A DNA stretch of 64,000 nucleotides, from NCBI GenBank assembly GCA_963692995.1, contig OY843611.1, forward strand, positions 969,395 to 1,033,394, read 5' to 3'. Below the pieces are notes generated by a model, which ran no database searches, was not told the origin of the DNA, and worked only from the letters and a program-made list of their open reading frames with translations. The translations under genes were made by a program, and so were the position numbers. Shown one piece after another: positions 1-8,559 of the stretch (its first letter is position 1; the number at the start of each line of letters is the position of its first letter). The stretch comes from Dehalococcoidia bacterium (lineage in GTDB: Bacteria > Chloroflexota > Dehalococcoidia > Lucifugimonadales > UBA3495).

Positions 1-2020
1 CGCGGCCCGCCACCTGGCAGAGCAGCGCGAAAGCTCGCTCGCCGGCGCGGAAGTCGGGCAGGTTCAGACCCAAATCGGCCAGCAGTACGGCGGACAGGGT
101 CACGTTGGGCAGGTCCAGGCCACGAGCCACCATCTGGGTGCCGACCAGGATCTGGGCGTCGCCGGCGGCGAGGCGGCGCATGGCCGTTTCGAACTGCGCC
201 GGATTGCGCACCGCGTCGGAGTCCCAACGCTCAATATTCGCATGGGGGAAACGGCTTTCCAATTCGGATGCCACCGCCGCCGTCCCGGCGCCCATCGCAC
301 GGATTCGTCCGCCGCGGCACTGGGGGCAGGCCCGGGGCAGCCGGCGTGGCTGGTTGCAGTAGTGGCAGAGCAGGCGGCGAGTATCCTCGTGGTAGGCATA
401 GGCCACCGAGCAACGGCTACATGAGATGACGTAACCGCATTCGCGACACTGCATGAACGCCGCGCTGCCCCGTCGGTTGAGAAAGAGTATGGCCTGCTGG
501 CCGGCGGCCATCGTTTGGTCCAGCGCGGCGGAGAGGCGGCGGCTGAAGATGCTGCGGTTGCCCTCGCGCAGTTCCCGGCGCATATCAACGATGGTGGTAT
601 CGGCCAGTGGTATCGGCTTGCCTTCCGGATCGGGAATGCGGTCGGGCAAGTGCAGCAGCCGGTGGCGTCCCCTTTCTGCGTCGTAGTAGGTTCCCACATC
701 CGGCGTCGCGGATCCCATCACCACGACGGCGTCGCAGCGTCTTGCCAGGGCCAGCGCCGCGTCGCGGGCGTGGTAGTAGGGAGGATGCTCCGTCTGCTTG
801 TAGGCCGGCTCATGTTCCTCGTCCACGATGATGACGCCGAGGTTGTTCACCGGAGCGAACAAGGCGCTGCGCGGGCCGACCACCACGTCCGCCAGTCCGT
901 CGCGGATGTTCCACCACTGGTTGAACCGCTGTCGCTGGGTGAGGCGGTGGTGCAGCACGGCGACCCGTCCGGGAAAACGCTCTTCAACCGCGCCCACGGC
1001 CTGCGGCGTCAAGGCAATTTCCGGCACCAGGTAGATTGCCCGCCGGCCGGCGGCGATGGCGTGGGCGATGACGCGCAGGTACACCTCGGTCTTGCCGCTG
1101 CCGGTGACGCCGTGGAGCAGGAAACTGCGGGGTATGGCCTTGGGGTCATCCAGCGTCGCGGTGATGCCGGTCACGGCGTCGGTCTGGGCAGTGGTCAACG
1201 CGGCGGGTGGCGGGTTGACCGGGGGTACGCCGGCCGAAACGGACGGTTCGATGCGCTGCCACTCCTCGGCCACGAGGCCGCGTCGCAGCAGGGCGTCAGC
1301 GGTCGGGCCAACGCCGGTGGCGGCGTAGGGGGCGGATGCTTCCCTGACTGCGGCCAGCAACTTGGCCTGCCGAGGGACGCGGACGGCGGGTCTTTCTGAT
1401 TCGTCAGCGAAGTCGGATGTATCGTGGCCCGGTAGCAATGCCCGTTGATACCGATGGGCGCGCGGGCGCGGGAGGGTTATTTGCTGGTGGACCATCCCAC
1501 GGTCCACCAGGCGTTGCAGTTCCCGGCGGGCGCTGTTGGCGCGATTGGCTGCGATTTGCTTCAGGAAGTTGGCTTCTTCACACGGTTTGCCCGATTCGAG
1601 CAGTTGCCGCCAGGCATTGCGGGTGGGTTCGCGCAGACGGGCCAGATCGGCAGCGTCGGTGGCGCCGGAAACGGCGGTAAGCCGGGAATGCTGCTGAGCA
1701 TGGAACCCCGGCGGCAGCAGGGGCGCCACTGCCTCAAATGGCGAGCAGAGATAAGTTTGTCCCAGCCAGTCGGCCAGCTCCAGACCCAGCGAGTTGACCA
1801 AGGGTGACGGCTCAACCGGACGCAATATGTCCCGCGTCTCCGCCTCGGACACCGCCGACTCATCGGCCAGCCGCAGCACCACGCCCTGGACGATGTTGCG
1901 GCCAAACTGCACCCAAACCAGCTGGCCCGGTTCAACCGGCAGATGCCGCAGTATGCGATAGGAGAAGGTTTTGCCCGGCGCTATCCGGTCGGCGTCGATG
2001 GCTACGTCGGCATAATTCAC
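1..2020 (-). CDS. priA: Primosomal protein N-prime / replication-restart helicase PriA (3' end cut by window edge)
   Basis: Absent from the ORF track because it runs off the window. The minus-strand frame from GTG at 2020 (GGAGG 7 nt upstream) reads VNYADVAIDADRIAPGKTFSY... It contains Walker A '[13 protein letters not shown]', helicase motif II 'GVIIVDEEHEPAYKQ' and the PriA Cys-rich zinc insert 'CRECG..CSRC...CHYC...CPQC'. Confidence 0.9.
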   Translation of the reverse strand, partial: MNYADVAIDADRIAPGKTFSYRILRHLPVEPGQLVWVQFGRNIVQGVVLRLADESAVSEAETRDILRPVEPSPLVNSLGLELADWLGQTYLCSPFEAVAPLLPPGFHAQQHSRLTAVSGATDAADLARLREPTRNAWRQLLESGKPCEEANFLKQIAANRANSARRELQRLVDRGMVHQQITLPRPRAHRYQRALLPGHDTSDFADESERPAVRVPRQAKLLAAVREASAPYAATGVGPTADALLRRGLVAEEWQRIEPSVSAGVPPVNPPPAALTTAQTDAVTGITATLDDPKAIPRSFLLHGVTGSGKTEVYLRVIAHAIAAGRRAIYLVPEIALTPQAVGAVEERFPGRVAVLHHRLTQRQRFNQWWNIRDGLADVVVGPRSALFAPVNNLGVIIVDEEHEPAYKQTEHPPYYHARDAALALARRCDAVVVMGSATPDVGTYYDAERGRHRLLHLPDRIPDPEGKPIPLADTTIVDMRRELREGNRSIFSRRLSAALDQTMAAGQQAILFLNRRGSAAFMQCRECGYVISCSRCSVAYAYHEDTRRLLCHYCNQPRRLPRACPQCRGGRIRAMGAGTAAVASELESRFPHANIERWDSDAVRNPAQFETAMRRLAAGDAQILVGTQMVARGLDLPNVTLSAVLLADLGLNLPDFRAGERAFALLCQVAGR

Positions 2021-2165
2021 GGCGCAACCTCCGGTGATGGCGATGTTTCGCGTCGCTGCGCCTTTGCGTTAGAATCTCTTGGCGGAAGTACACAGTTCCA
2101 AAACGCGAAACCGCCGCGTCCGCGCCTGGGGGCAACGGGCGGCGGTCGTCAGTCGCGACGGGACA

Positions 2166-2525
2166 CTACCGATTGGTTCGGTAGGTGGTGCGTTCCTTGA
2201 TACGAGCGGCGCGGCCCTGCCGTCCCCGCAGGTAGTACAGCTTGGCGCGGCGCACCTTGCCCCGGCGGGTAACTTCCAGCGACTCGATCAGAGGAGAATG
2301 CAGGGGAAAGACGCGCTCAATCCCGATGCCCGCCGTGATGCGGCGCACGGTGAAGTTGGCGGCCGGCCCCTTGCCGTGGGTGCGGCGGATGCAAACGCCC
2401 TGGAAGGCCTGCACGCGCTCCCGCGCGCCCTCCCGGATCCGAAAGTTGACGCGGACCGTGTCGCCGGGTCCGAATTCGGGGATGTTCTCGTTGACTTCCG
2501 GGACTATAAATTCTGATGCTTTCAT
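2166..2525 (-). CDS. rplS: 50S ribosomal protein L19 (bL19)
   Basis: 119-aa ORF. '[28 protein letters not shown]...[33 protein letters not shown]' is the canonical bL19 sequence pattern, and the size is typical. Confidence 0.95.
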   Translation of the reverse strand: MKASEFIVPEVNENIPEFGPGDTVRVNFRIREGARERVQAFQGVCIRRTHGKGPAANFTVRRITAGIGIERVFPLHSPLIESLEVTRRGKVRRAKLYYLRGRQGRAARIKERTTYRTNR

Positions 2526-2658
2526 GGTTAGTAACTATTGCCTTGCGTACTTGTACGCCGGGAGGGGAGCTGCATTTGCTTGGTGAGGTGTGTTTCTGCG
2601 CTACTGCATTGTAGCATAGGCGTAACCACGGCGTCGTTCACAGCTCAAATACCATTCT

Positions 2659-3288
2659 TCAAACTGCTCCGTGCGGTACACACCATAGCGTCTCATCGCG
2701 ATCTACCACTAAACGAGAGACGCGCCGTCCTTCCTCCCGTATGTGCTTGGCGATCCGACGTCCCCTGGCGACCGTCTCTTCGTCAGGAGGCAATGAAGGA
2801 CGTCTGATACCGGACAGCTCGTAGGGCATTGGCGCTCCCTGGGCAGTAGCGTGCCAAGCCAATTCGTTGTGTGAATATTCTTCAATCTCCATGCCGTTGA
2901 ACTTGGCGAACTGTCGTAACTGTTCGTCCAAGAGGCTTTTCTCCTGCTCGGTAAGGGCGGCCGTTGCGGCATTTTCACCCGGCAGCCAATGCTTGCGGAC
3001 GTATTCATCCCCAACACGTTCCCGGGACAACCGGACGGTTCCACCGGATTCCAGACTCTCTATCGTTGTTTGCCACCGGTCAGGGTACGGCCCATGAGGC
3101 ATTCTAATATAAGTAGCTCCGGTGATGGGATCTCCCGTGCGTTGGTACGCGGCGCAGTCGGCGTAGTACAGCAACTTGACCAACTTGGTTTCTCCGAAAC
3201 GGTCATCGTGTAACGACTGCTGGGCCAGATACGCAACTGCGGCCGCAAATTTGTCCCACCGCAACGGAAAACGAACCTGATTTTCCAT
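2659..3288 (-). CDS. Panacea-domain (DUF4065, SocA/GepA/PanA-like antitoxin-type) protein
   Basis: 209-aa ORF. The N-terminal 'FGETKLVKLLYYADCAAYQRTGDPITGATYIRMPHGPYP' fits the Panacea/DUF4065 pattern. The C-terminal ~90 aa are unassigned. Confidence 0.7.
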   Translation of the reverse strand: MENQVRFPLRWDKFAAAVAYLAQQSLHDDRFGETKLVKLLYYADCAAYQRTGDPITGATYIRMPHGPYPDRWQTTIESLESGGTVRLSRERVGDEYVRKHWLPGENAATAALTEQEKSLLDEQLRQFAKFNGMEIEEYSHNELAWHATAQGAPMPYELSGIRRPSLPPDEETVARGRRIAKHIREEGRRVSRLVVDRDETLWCVPHGAV

Positions 3289-3408
3289 CGGTGGCCCCCT
3301 GATCTATCCTGATTAGAACAATTGTGCGCTAAAACCGTGCGGGATAAAAGACTTGGCGGGTCGTCAATTTTATGATGGCCCACCAGCCGTAGAGCCGCGG
3401 TGGCTCGA

Positions 3409-4284
3409 TTACTGCCGCACGTACTTGTCCACCCGTTCCTGGGCGCCCAGTGCCATGTAGATGTTGCCGTGGGCGTCCACCCAGCTGCCGTGGGCCGATT
3501 CAGAGTCCCAGCGGGCCAGTACGTTGCCGTCAGGGTCCATGATGCTGACCCGGGGCGACATCCCGTTGACGCCGCCTTCGCTGATGACCAGCGCACCCTC
3601 GCTGTCCACCGAGATGTCCAGAGGTCGGCGCATATCTTCCCACAGGGCCAGGAACTCACCGTCGGGCGAATAGACCTGCATACGGTTGTTTTCCCGGTCG
3701 CACAGGTACAGGTTGCCGTTGGGATGGGCCACGATGCTGTGGGGCAGGTGAAACTCGCCGGGGCCGCCCTTGCCCGGCTCGCCCCAAGACTGCTTCAGCT
3801 GACCGTCCCGGGAGAAGCGATGCACCCGGGCGTTGCGGTATCCGTCGGACACGTACAGGTCGCCGTTGGGCGCCGGCACCATTTCGGTGGGATAGTTGAA
3901 CGGGCCGGCCGAGCGGGGGCAAACCTCGCCGGGAACCTCGCAGCCGGTATCGGAATGGACGCCGCGATCACCGATGACCTGCAAAGGTTTGCCCTCCAGG
4001 GTGAATATGACGCAAACGGAGTCGGTGCGATCGGTAATGTATGCGATATCGTCCTGAATGTAGATGCCATGGGCCTCGTCGATGGCGCGGATCCCCCAGG
4101 AACCCAGATAGTTGCCACCCGGCCCGAAGATCAGCACCGGCGGATCCTTGCGCTGGAACACATAGACCCGATCCTGCGAGTCGGTGGCGACCGCAGAGGC
4201 ATTGCCCATGGTCATGCCTTCAGGCAGCTGCGCCCAGTTTTCTTCCAGGGTGTAGGTGTACTTGCCGGAGCCTATGGTAGTCAT
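3409..4284 (-). CDS. NHL-repeat six-bladed beta-propeller protein (peptidylglycine-amidating-lyase-like)
   Basis: 291 aa with repeated blade motifs such as 'DRVYVFQR', 'IAYITDRTDSVCVF', 'LYVSDGYRNARVHRFSRDG', 'LYLCDRENNRMQVYSPDG'. Confidence 0.75.
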   Translation of the reverse strand: MTTIGSGKYTYTLEENWAQLPEGMTMGNASAVATDSQDRVYVFQRKDPPVLIFGPGGNYLGSWGIRAIDEAHGIYIQDDIAYITDRTDSVCVIFTLEGKPLQVIGDRGVHSDTGCEVPGEVCPRSAGPFNYPTEMVPAPNGDLYVSDGYRNARVHRFSRDGQLKQSWGEPGKGGPGEFHLPHSIVAHPNGNLYLCDRENNRMQVYSPDGEFLALWEDMRRPLDISVDSEGALVISEGGVNGMSPRVSIMDPDGNVLARWDSESAHGSWVDAHGNIYMALGAQERVDKYVRQ

Positions 4285-4341
4285 GGCCGGGCCTCCTGTG
4301 GTTTGGGAAACGGCGGAACCTTTCTTTACGGGTTTGATCGA

Positions 4342-4713
4342 TTAGTCGTCGGCTGCCACTGGTTCAATTTCAGGAGGAACGCTGAATACTGGCGGGCTGC
4401 CGTCTCGGTGCGAGTGGTTCACCAGGGCCAGTATGATCCGGTCGGTATTGCGGCGCATTTCCTCGCGCAAATCGTCCCGCAGCCGGTCGATCCGTTCGTT
4501 GGTCTGGTCAATCCGTTCGTTGGTCTGGTTAATAAGCTTGTTCATTTCGTCGATTTGTCGGCGCATGCCGGCGATCTGTTCCTGTAAAACTCCCTGCTCT
4601 TTGGTAACGCCGGTGAGTTTTATCCAGATGGCGGTAGGAGCGGTGATAACGGCGGCGACCAGGATGCTGTACAAAATGGCGATTAGCTGGATGAAGGCCG
4701 GAGATAGTTCCAT
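4342..4713 (-). CDS. Small membrane-anchored coiled-coil protein with a conserved 'LALVNHSHRD' tail (unassigned family)
   Basis: 123 aa. It has an N-terminal hydrophobic helix (FIQLIAILYSILVAAVITAPTAIWI), a charged coiled-coil with a QTNERID x2 repeat, and the tail 'ILALVNHSHRDGSPPVFSVPPEIEP'. A clear paralogue lies at 30769-31374. Confidence 0.6.
   Translation of the reverse strand: MELSPAFIQLIAILYSILVAAVITAPTAIWIKLTGVTKEQGVLQEQIAGMRRQIDEMNKLINQTNERIDQTNERIDRLRDDLREEMRRNTDRIILALVNHSHRDGSPPVFSVPPEIEPVAADD
4488..4529. repeat. In-frame 21-bp tandem repeat x2 (coding, QTNERID)
   Basis: 'CGATCCGTTCGTTGGTCTGGT' / 'CAATCCGTTCGTTGGTCTGGT', adjacent copies inside CDS 4342-4713. Confidence 0.85.
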
Positions 4714-4782
4714 AATCGAAATCCTTGGCTGGGCTGAAATGGTCAGGCATGTTGCCCCATTCTAACAGACCGCCGCCGACGG

Positions 4783-5658
4783 TCAGCAGTCAAAAAACCC
4801 GTCCTTCAGATGCTCACGTATGACCCTTGCCACCAGTTCCGGCCTTTGCAGCGGCACGTCGTGGATGCTGTCCTCCAGCCATACCGTCTTGCTGACGGGC
4901 AGCAGGGACGCGGCCCGGGCAATGGACTCCTCTCGGCGGAAGCGTCGGTCCTGGGCGTCGGGAGCGGACTGGCGGGCCGGCAGCAGCAGCGTCGGGCATT
5001 GCAGCGTGGGATAGAGTTGGGAGGGCTTGTGATCCCAGAGGGCGTCGATGATGCGCAGGTGGTTCTCCCGGCGCAGGTTGGCCTGGATCGTGCCATCTTC
5101 CAGGACGTGGAAGTTGGCCAGCACGGCCTCCACCACCGTTGCGGCGGGGTTGGGGCCGAAGCGTCCGCCGGATCTCACGCGCTCACGCATCATCTCCGGC
5201 GTGAACCCGGTGAAGATGGGCGGAGCCAGGTCTGCCCGGGCCTGCTCCGGCGTCCAGCCGGGACGGGCCGACGGTTCAATGGTGCCGCCGTCCACAAAGA
5301 CGAGGCCGGCGGCAAGGCCGGGTTGGGCCGCCGCCAGCTCCAGCGCCACGTCTGCGCCCCAGGAATGGCCCACGATGACGGGCCGCTCCCAATCCAGGGC
5401 TGCGATAAGCGCCGCCGCGTCGCCGGACACCGTGGCGAAGTCAAACCCGTTCTCAACCTGGGCCGACAAGCCGTGTCCCCGCTGGTCCAGCGCGACCACA
5501 CGAAAATCGGCAGCCAGCAGCGGCGCAACCAAGTCCCAGATGCGGCAGGTGGAAGCCAGGCCGTGCAGCAGCAATACCGGCCGGCCATCGCCGCCCCAGT
5601 CCCGGTAGTGAAAAGGCCGGCCGCCCAGGTTGGTGTAACAGTCTTGGGGAGTGGTCAT
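4783..5658 (-). CDS. Alpha/beta hydrolase fold protein
   Basis: 'VLLLHGLASTCRIWD', 'ALDQRGHGLS' and the nucleophile elbow 'GHSWGA'. I start it at the internal ATG (5658, 'MTTPQDCY'), because the 25 upstream codons of the track ORF look non-coding. Confidence 0.85.
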   Translation of the reverse strand: MTTPQDCYTNLGGRPFHYRDWGGDGRPVLLLHGLASTCRIWDLVAPLLAADFRVVALDQRGHGLSAQVENGFDFATVSGDAAALIAALDWERPVIVGHSWGADVALELAAAQPGLAAGLVFVDGGTIEPSARPGWTPEQARADLAPPIFTGFTPEMMRERVRSGGRFGPNPAATVVEAVLANFHVLEDGTIQANLRRENHLRIIDALWDHKPSQLYPTLQCPTLLLPARQSAPDAQDRRFRREESIARAASLLPVSKTVWLEDSIHDVPLQRPELVARVIREHLKDGFFDC

Positions 5659-5815
5659 CGGTAATCCGCCTCGCCGTCCGTAGCGTAAGATGGCGGTATT
5701 GTAGCAACGTAAGAAATGGAGGTGTAGGGTCAAACTTGCAGAAAATTGTGAAACTCCCCCAATTTCCCTCTCCCTTGATGGGACGAAGGCTAGGGACTGT
5801 TTAAAAAACTGGAAA

Positions 5816-6446
5816 TCACACCGTCATTCCCGCTCCCCCGCCGCCATTCCCGCAAAGTGGGAATGGCGGAGTTTGCAAATCCGCCCACCGAATGTTGTCT
5901 GTCGGCGGCGCCATTTTGACGGTGCGATTGACGAAACCGTATAGATACGCCAGCAGCGTTTCGTCATCGTCCGCCGTATCCAGGCGCATAGCGGCGAGCC
6001 GGGCCAGCTTATCCGCATCCGGCGCGTCCCGGTCATATTCATAGAAAAGCCACTCCTTGCCGTCGGTGATGCCGGCCCGCCAGCCAGCCAATGGCGGCGT
6101 CGGCAAACATATTGGGCTGGACGGTAAGGGCGTTCAGGTAGCGAGTGGCCTGCTCTTCCGGCGTTTCGGTAGAGCCATCGGGCTTTGCGCGGGCGTCCAG
6201 CTTCCCTTGCCGCTTGGTTTCAAAAACCACGTTGCGGCAATAGACGTCAATCGGCCCGTCGCCCGACGGGTACTGCGTGGCAAGGTCGGGATAACGGAGG
6301 CTGGGGAACAGGAACTGCAACACGTTGTACAACCGAACTTCGGTCTCGGCTTCCGCCGTGGCCGCCGGCATTTCGCGCAGTTGAGCAATAATGTCCCGCG
6401 CCAACTGCCAGTTCGGGGTTCCGGTAACATCATGGTGACTGGTCAT
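5816..6446 (-). pseudogene. Frameshifted HsdR_N-type (PD-(D/E)xK restriction-endonuclease-like) domain gene
   Basis: Track ORFs 6039-6566 and 5816-6106 overlap in different frames. Together they read '...EVRLYNVLQFLFPSLRYPDLATQYPSGDGPIDVYCRNVVFETKRQGKLD...EEQATRYLNAL' followed by '...GITDGKEWLFYEYD...'. The same DNA reads AIGWLAGRHH in one frame and LAGWRAGITDGKEW in the other, which implies a 1-nt indel near 6070-6095 (GGCTGGCTGG run). The likely start is ATG 6446. The last ~20 codons are the translation of a palindromic repeat. Confidence 0.55.
5820..5868. repeat. GTCATTCC-family palindromic repeat
   Basis: 'CCGTCATTCCCGC' followed by the perfect 11-bp inverted repeat 'CCGCCATTCCC gcaaagt GGGAATGGCGG'. 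Confidence 0.55.
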
Positions 6447-6626
6447 CGTCGCGCTCCAAACCGTCGTTGGCGCCGGCATTATAGCCGGCGCTTCCCCGGA
6501 AAACGTCGCCTTGCCCCTGCTATAATTCCTCCGGCAGTGCGCCCGCCCTGAGCTTAACGCGCTCATCCAGAGCCTGTCGAAGAAGGCCGGCGCGGTTGCC
6601 CCAACCTACAGGAGGACAATCCCTTT

Positions 6627-6965
6627 ATGTACGCCATTTTCGTTACCGTCAATATCAAGGACGGCTATGCCGACGAGTTTGCCGCCGCCAGCCTGGGCGA
6701 CGGTCAGGGCAGTGTGCGCGACGAGGAAAACTGCTTCCGCTTCGACATTCTGCGCAGCCCCGACAACCCCAACCGGTTCTACCTCTACGAGGTGTACGCC
6801 AATCGGGAGGCCCACGCTACCCACCGGGAGCAGCCCCACTACGTCGCCTGGCGTTCCGCCGTGGAGCATATGTTTGATGGCGACCTGGGCCGCGTGGAGA
6901 TGGCGACCGTGTTCCCGTCCGATGACGGCTGGAAAGCGCAAAAGCCGGGGCTGGTGAACTGGTAA
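6627..6965 (+). CDS. Antibiotic-biosynthesis-monooxygenase (ABM/LsrG-like) domain protein
   Basis: 112 aa. 'MYAIFVTVNIKDGYADEF...FRFDILRSPDNPNRFYLYEVYANREAHATHREQPHY' matches the ferredoxin-like ABM pattern. Confidence 0.75.
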   Translation: MYAIFVTVNIKDGYADEFAAASLGDGQGSVRDEENCFRFDILRSPDNPNRFYLYEVYANREAHATHREQPHYVAWRSAVEHMFDGDLGRVEMATVFPSDDGWKAQKPGLVNW

Positions 6966-7046
6966 TCGCGGTGCATAATCTGTTGCAGCGTTGCGGGCGG
7001 AACGCCGTTCAATCTGCCGCGCCGCGGGTCGGAGAGTAACTGCCCC

Positions 7047-7373
7047 ATGCCGGATGCCGCTGTTCCGCCGGTGTACGACCGCGTTATCGAGGTGGTGCGC
7101 CAAATACCCCGGGGGCAGGTGGCGACCTACGGCCAGATTGCCCTGATTGTCGGCGACTGCACGCCCCGCATGGTGGGATATTGCCTCGCCGCGCTGGAAA
7201 AAGGCTCAGATGTGCCCTGGCAGCGCGTGATCAACGCCCAAGGCAAAATCAGCCCCCGGGGCGTGGGGTTTGGCGCCATGCTCCAGCAGGAGTTGCTGGA
7301 ACAGGAAGGGGTGGAATTCAGCGACGCGGGCCGGGTCAGCTTCCGCAGATTCGGTTGGCTGGATCCTTGCTAG
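7047..7373 (+). CDS. Alkyltransferase-like (ATL) protein, MGMT DNA-binding domain without the acceptor Cys
   Basis: 108 aa. 'IPRGQVATYGQIALIVG' followed by 'VPWQRVINAQGKIS', where active methyltransferases have PCHRV. Confidence 0.8.
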   Translation: MPDAAVPPVYDRVIEVVRQIPRGQVATYGQIALIVGDCTPRMVGYCLAALEKGSDVPWQRVINAQGKISPRGVGFGAMLQQELLEQEGVEFSDAGRVSFRRFGWLDPC

Positions 7374-7399
7374 GCAGCGTTCCGTTTTAGGTAGTTTGA

Positions 7400-7438
7400 T
7401 TGATAATCCGACACTCTGGCGAAAGTCGGAATGACGGC
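7400..7438. repeat. GTCATTCC-family palindromic repeat (reverse orientation)
   Basis: 'TCCGAC actctggcgaaa GTCGGAATGACGG' is a hairpin that ends in the family core GGAATGAC. Confidence 0.45.
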
Positions 7439-7450
7439 GCGACTTTCAAA

Positions 7451-8512
7451 TTAGGCGTTGCGAAACTTGGGCATTACCTGTTCCGCCAGCAGTTTCAGCG
7501 AATGGTCGGTGGCCGCGCGGGACACCAGGCCCCGGTTGGTGAGCATCAGGTTGCGAATGCCGGCCTTGTGCATTTGTTCGAGCTGTTCCGTCACCCGGCG
7601 TGGGCTGCCCACCAGGTTTTCGGCGGCGTCCGGGTCGGGATGCTCACCGTAGGCGTCCCGCTGGAGGGGCGGAGCCTGCTGAGACATTGGGAACTCTTTG
7701 GGGTTCCACCGCTGCCGGTAGTCCTGCATTATTGACCAGGCTTTGAGATTGGCGGGCAGGAATTCGTCCATGGCCTGGTCATCGGTTTCGGCCAGGTGCA
7801 TCTCGCGCCATACCCAGATCTGGTCCAAGTTGCGCTGGATAGTGGCGGCATCGAAACCGGCTTCGGCCATGGTGTCGCGGTACAAAGCGATGTCGGCGCC
7901 GGTGCTGTTGGTGGAACGGCCCCGCAGCAGGATGGGTCTCCCGAGGCGCGCCATCTCGATGATGGACTCCCGGTTGATGCAGGCCCGGGCCAGGGGTGGG
8001 TGGGGTTTCTGGTACGGTCGCGGGCGCACCGAGGGGAAGGCGACCCGGTAGTGTTCGCCGCGAAAGTCCACATTGTCGGTGGTCCAGGCCGTCACCATCA
8101 GCTTTTCCGCCTCCTCCATCCGGGCGGCGCCCAGCGCCGGATCGGTGCCGAAACCGGTGTACTCGAAGGCGTTGTAGTTGGAGCCTTTGGCGGTGCCTAC
8201 CACCAGGCGGCCCCGGCTGAGGTTGTCCAGCAGGGCGGTCTGCATGGCGACGCGCACCGGGTTATGCAGGGGAAGCTCGATGATGCCGAAGCCCAGCAGC
8301 ACGCGGCGGGTCTTCACCGCCACCGCGCTGGCGAACACCAACGGGTCGCCGTACACGCACTCGCCGGTGAAGTAGTGCTCGGCGATCCAGATGGCGTCAA
8401 AGCCCAGGGCTTCGACCAACTCCGCTTCGTCCAGGCATTCCTGTATTTCCTGATCATCGCGGGAATCGTCGAACTTCATCGGATAGAAAAAATGGCCGAA
8501 TCGCATTGTCAT
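7451..8512 (-). CDS. LLM-class (luciferase-like) flavin/F420-dependent oxidoreductase
   Basis: 353 aa. 'MRFGHFFYP...LGFDAIWIAEHYFTGE...LLGFGIIELPLHNPVRVA' matches the luciferase-like monooxygenase pattern. Confidence 0.8.
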   Translation of the reverse strand: MTMRFGHFFYPMKFDDSRDDQEIQECLDEAELVEALGFDAIWIAEHYFTGECVYGDPLVFASAVAVKTRRVLLGFGIIELPLHNPVRVAMQTALLDNLSRGRLVVGTAKGSNYNAFEYTGFGTDPALGAARMEEAEKLMVTAWTTDNVDFRGEHYRVAFPSVRPRPYQKPHPPLARACINRESIIEMARLGRPILLRGRSTNSTGADIALYRDTMAEAGFDAATIQRNLDQIWVWREMHLAETDDQAMDEFLPANLKAWSIMQDYRQRWNPKEFPMSQQAPPLQRDAYGEHPDPDAAENLVGSPRRVTEQLEQMHKAGIRNLMLTNRGLVSRAATDHSLKLLAEQVMPKFRNA

Positions 8513-8559
8513 TCCTTATCACGGAAAGCCCGGTCGCGGAAAGCCCTGGCGTCCCCAGT

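Noticed and set aside
100-1399. ORFs 100-699 (-) and 515-1399 (+) at the left edge
   Set aside because: These are an alternative frame and the antisense strand of priA, whose true frame is open from 2020 to the window edge and contains helicase and zinc-finger motifs.
3400-4587. 395-aa plus-strand ORF
   Set aside because: Antisense to the NHL-propeller and coiled-coil genes. Low-complexity Val/Ala/Gly/His content; GC artefact.
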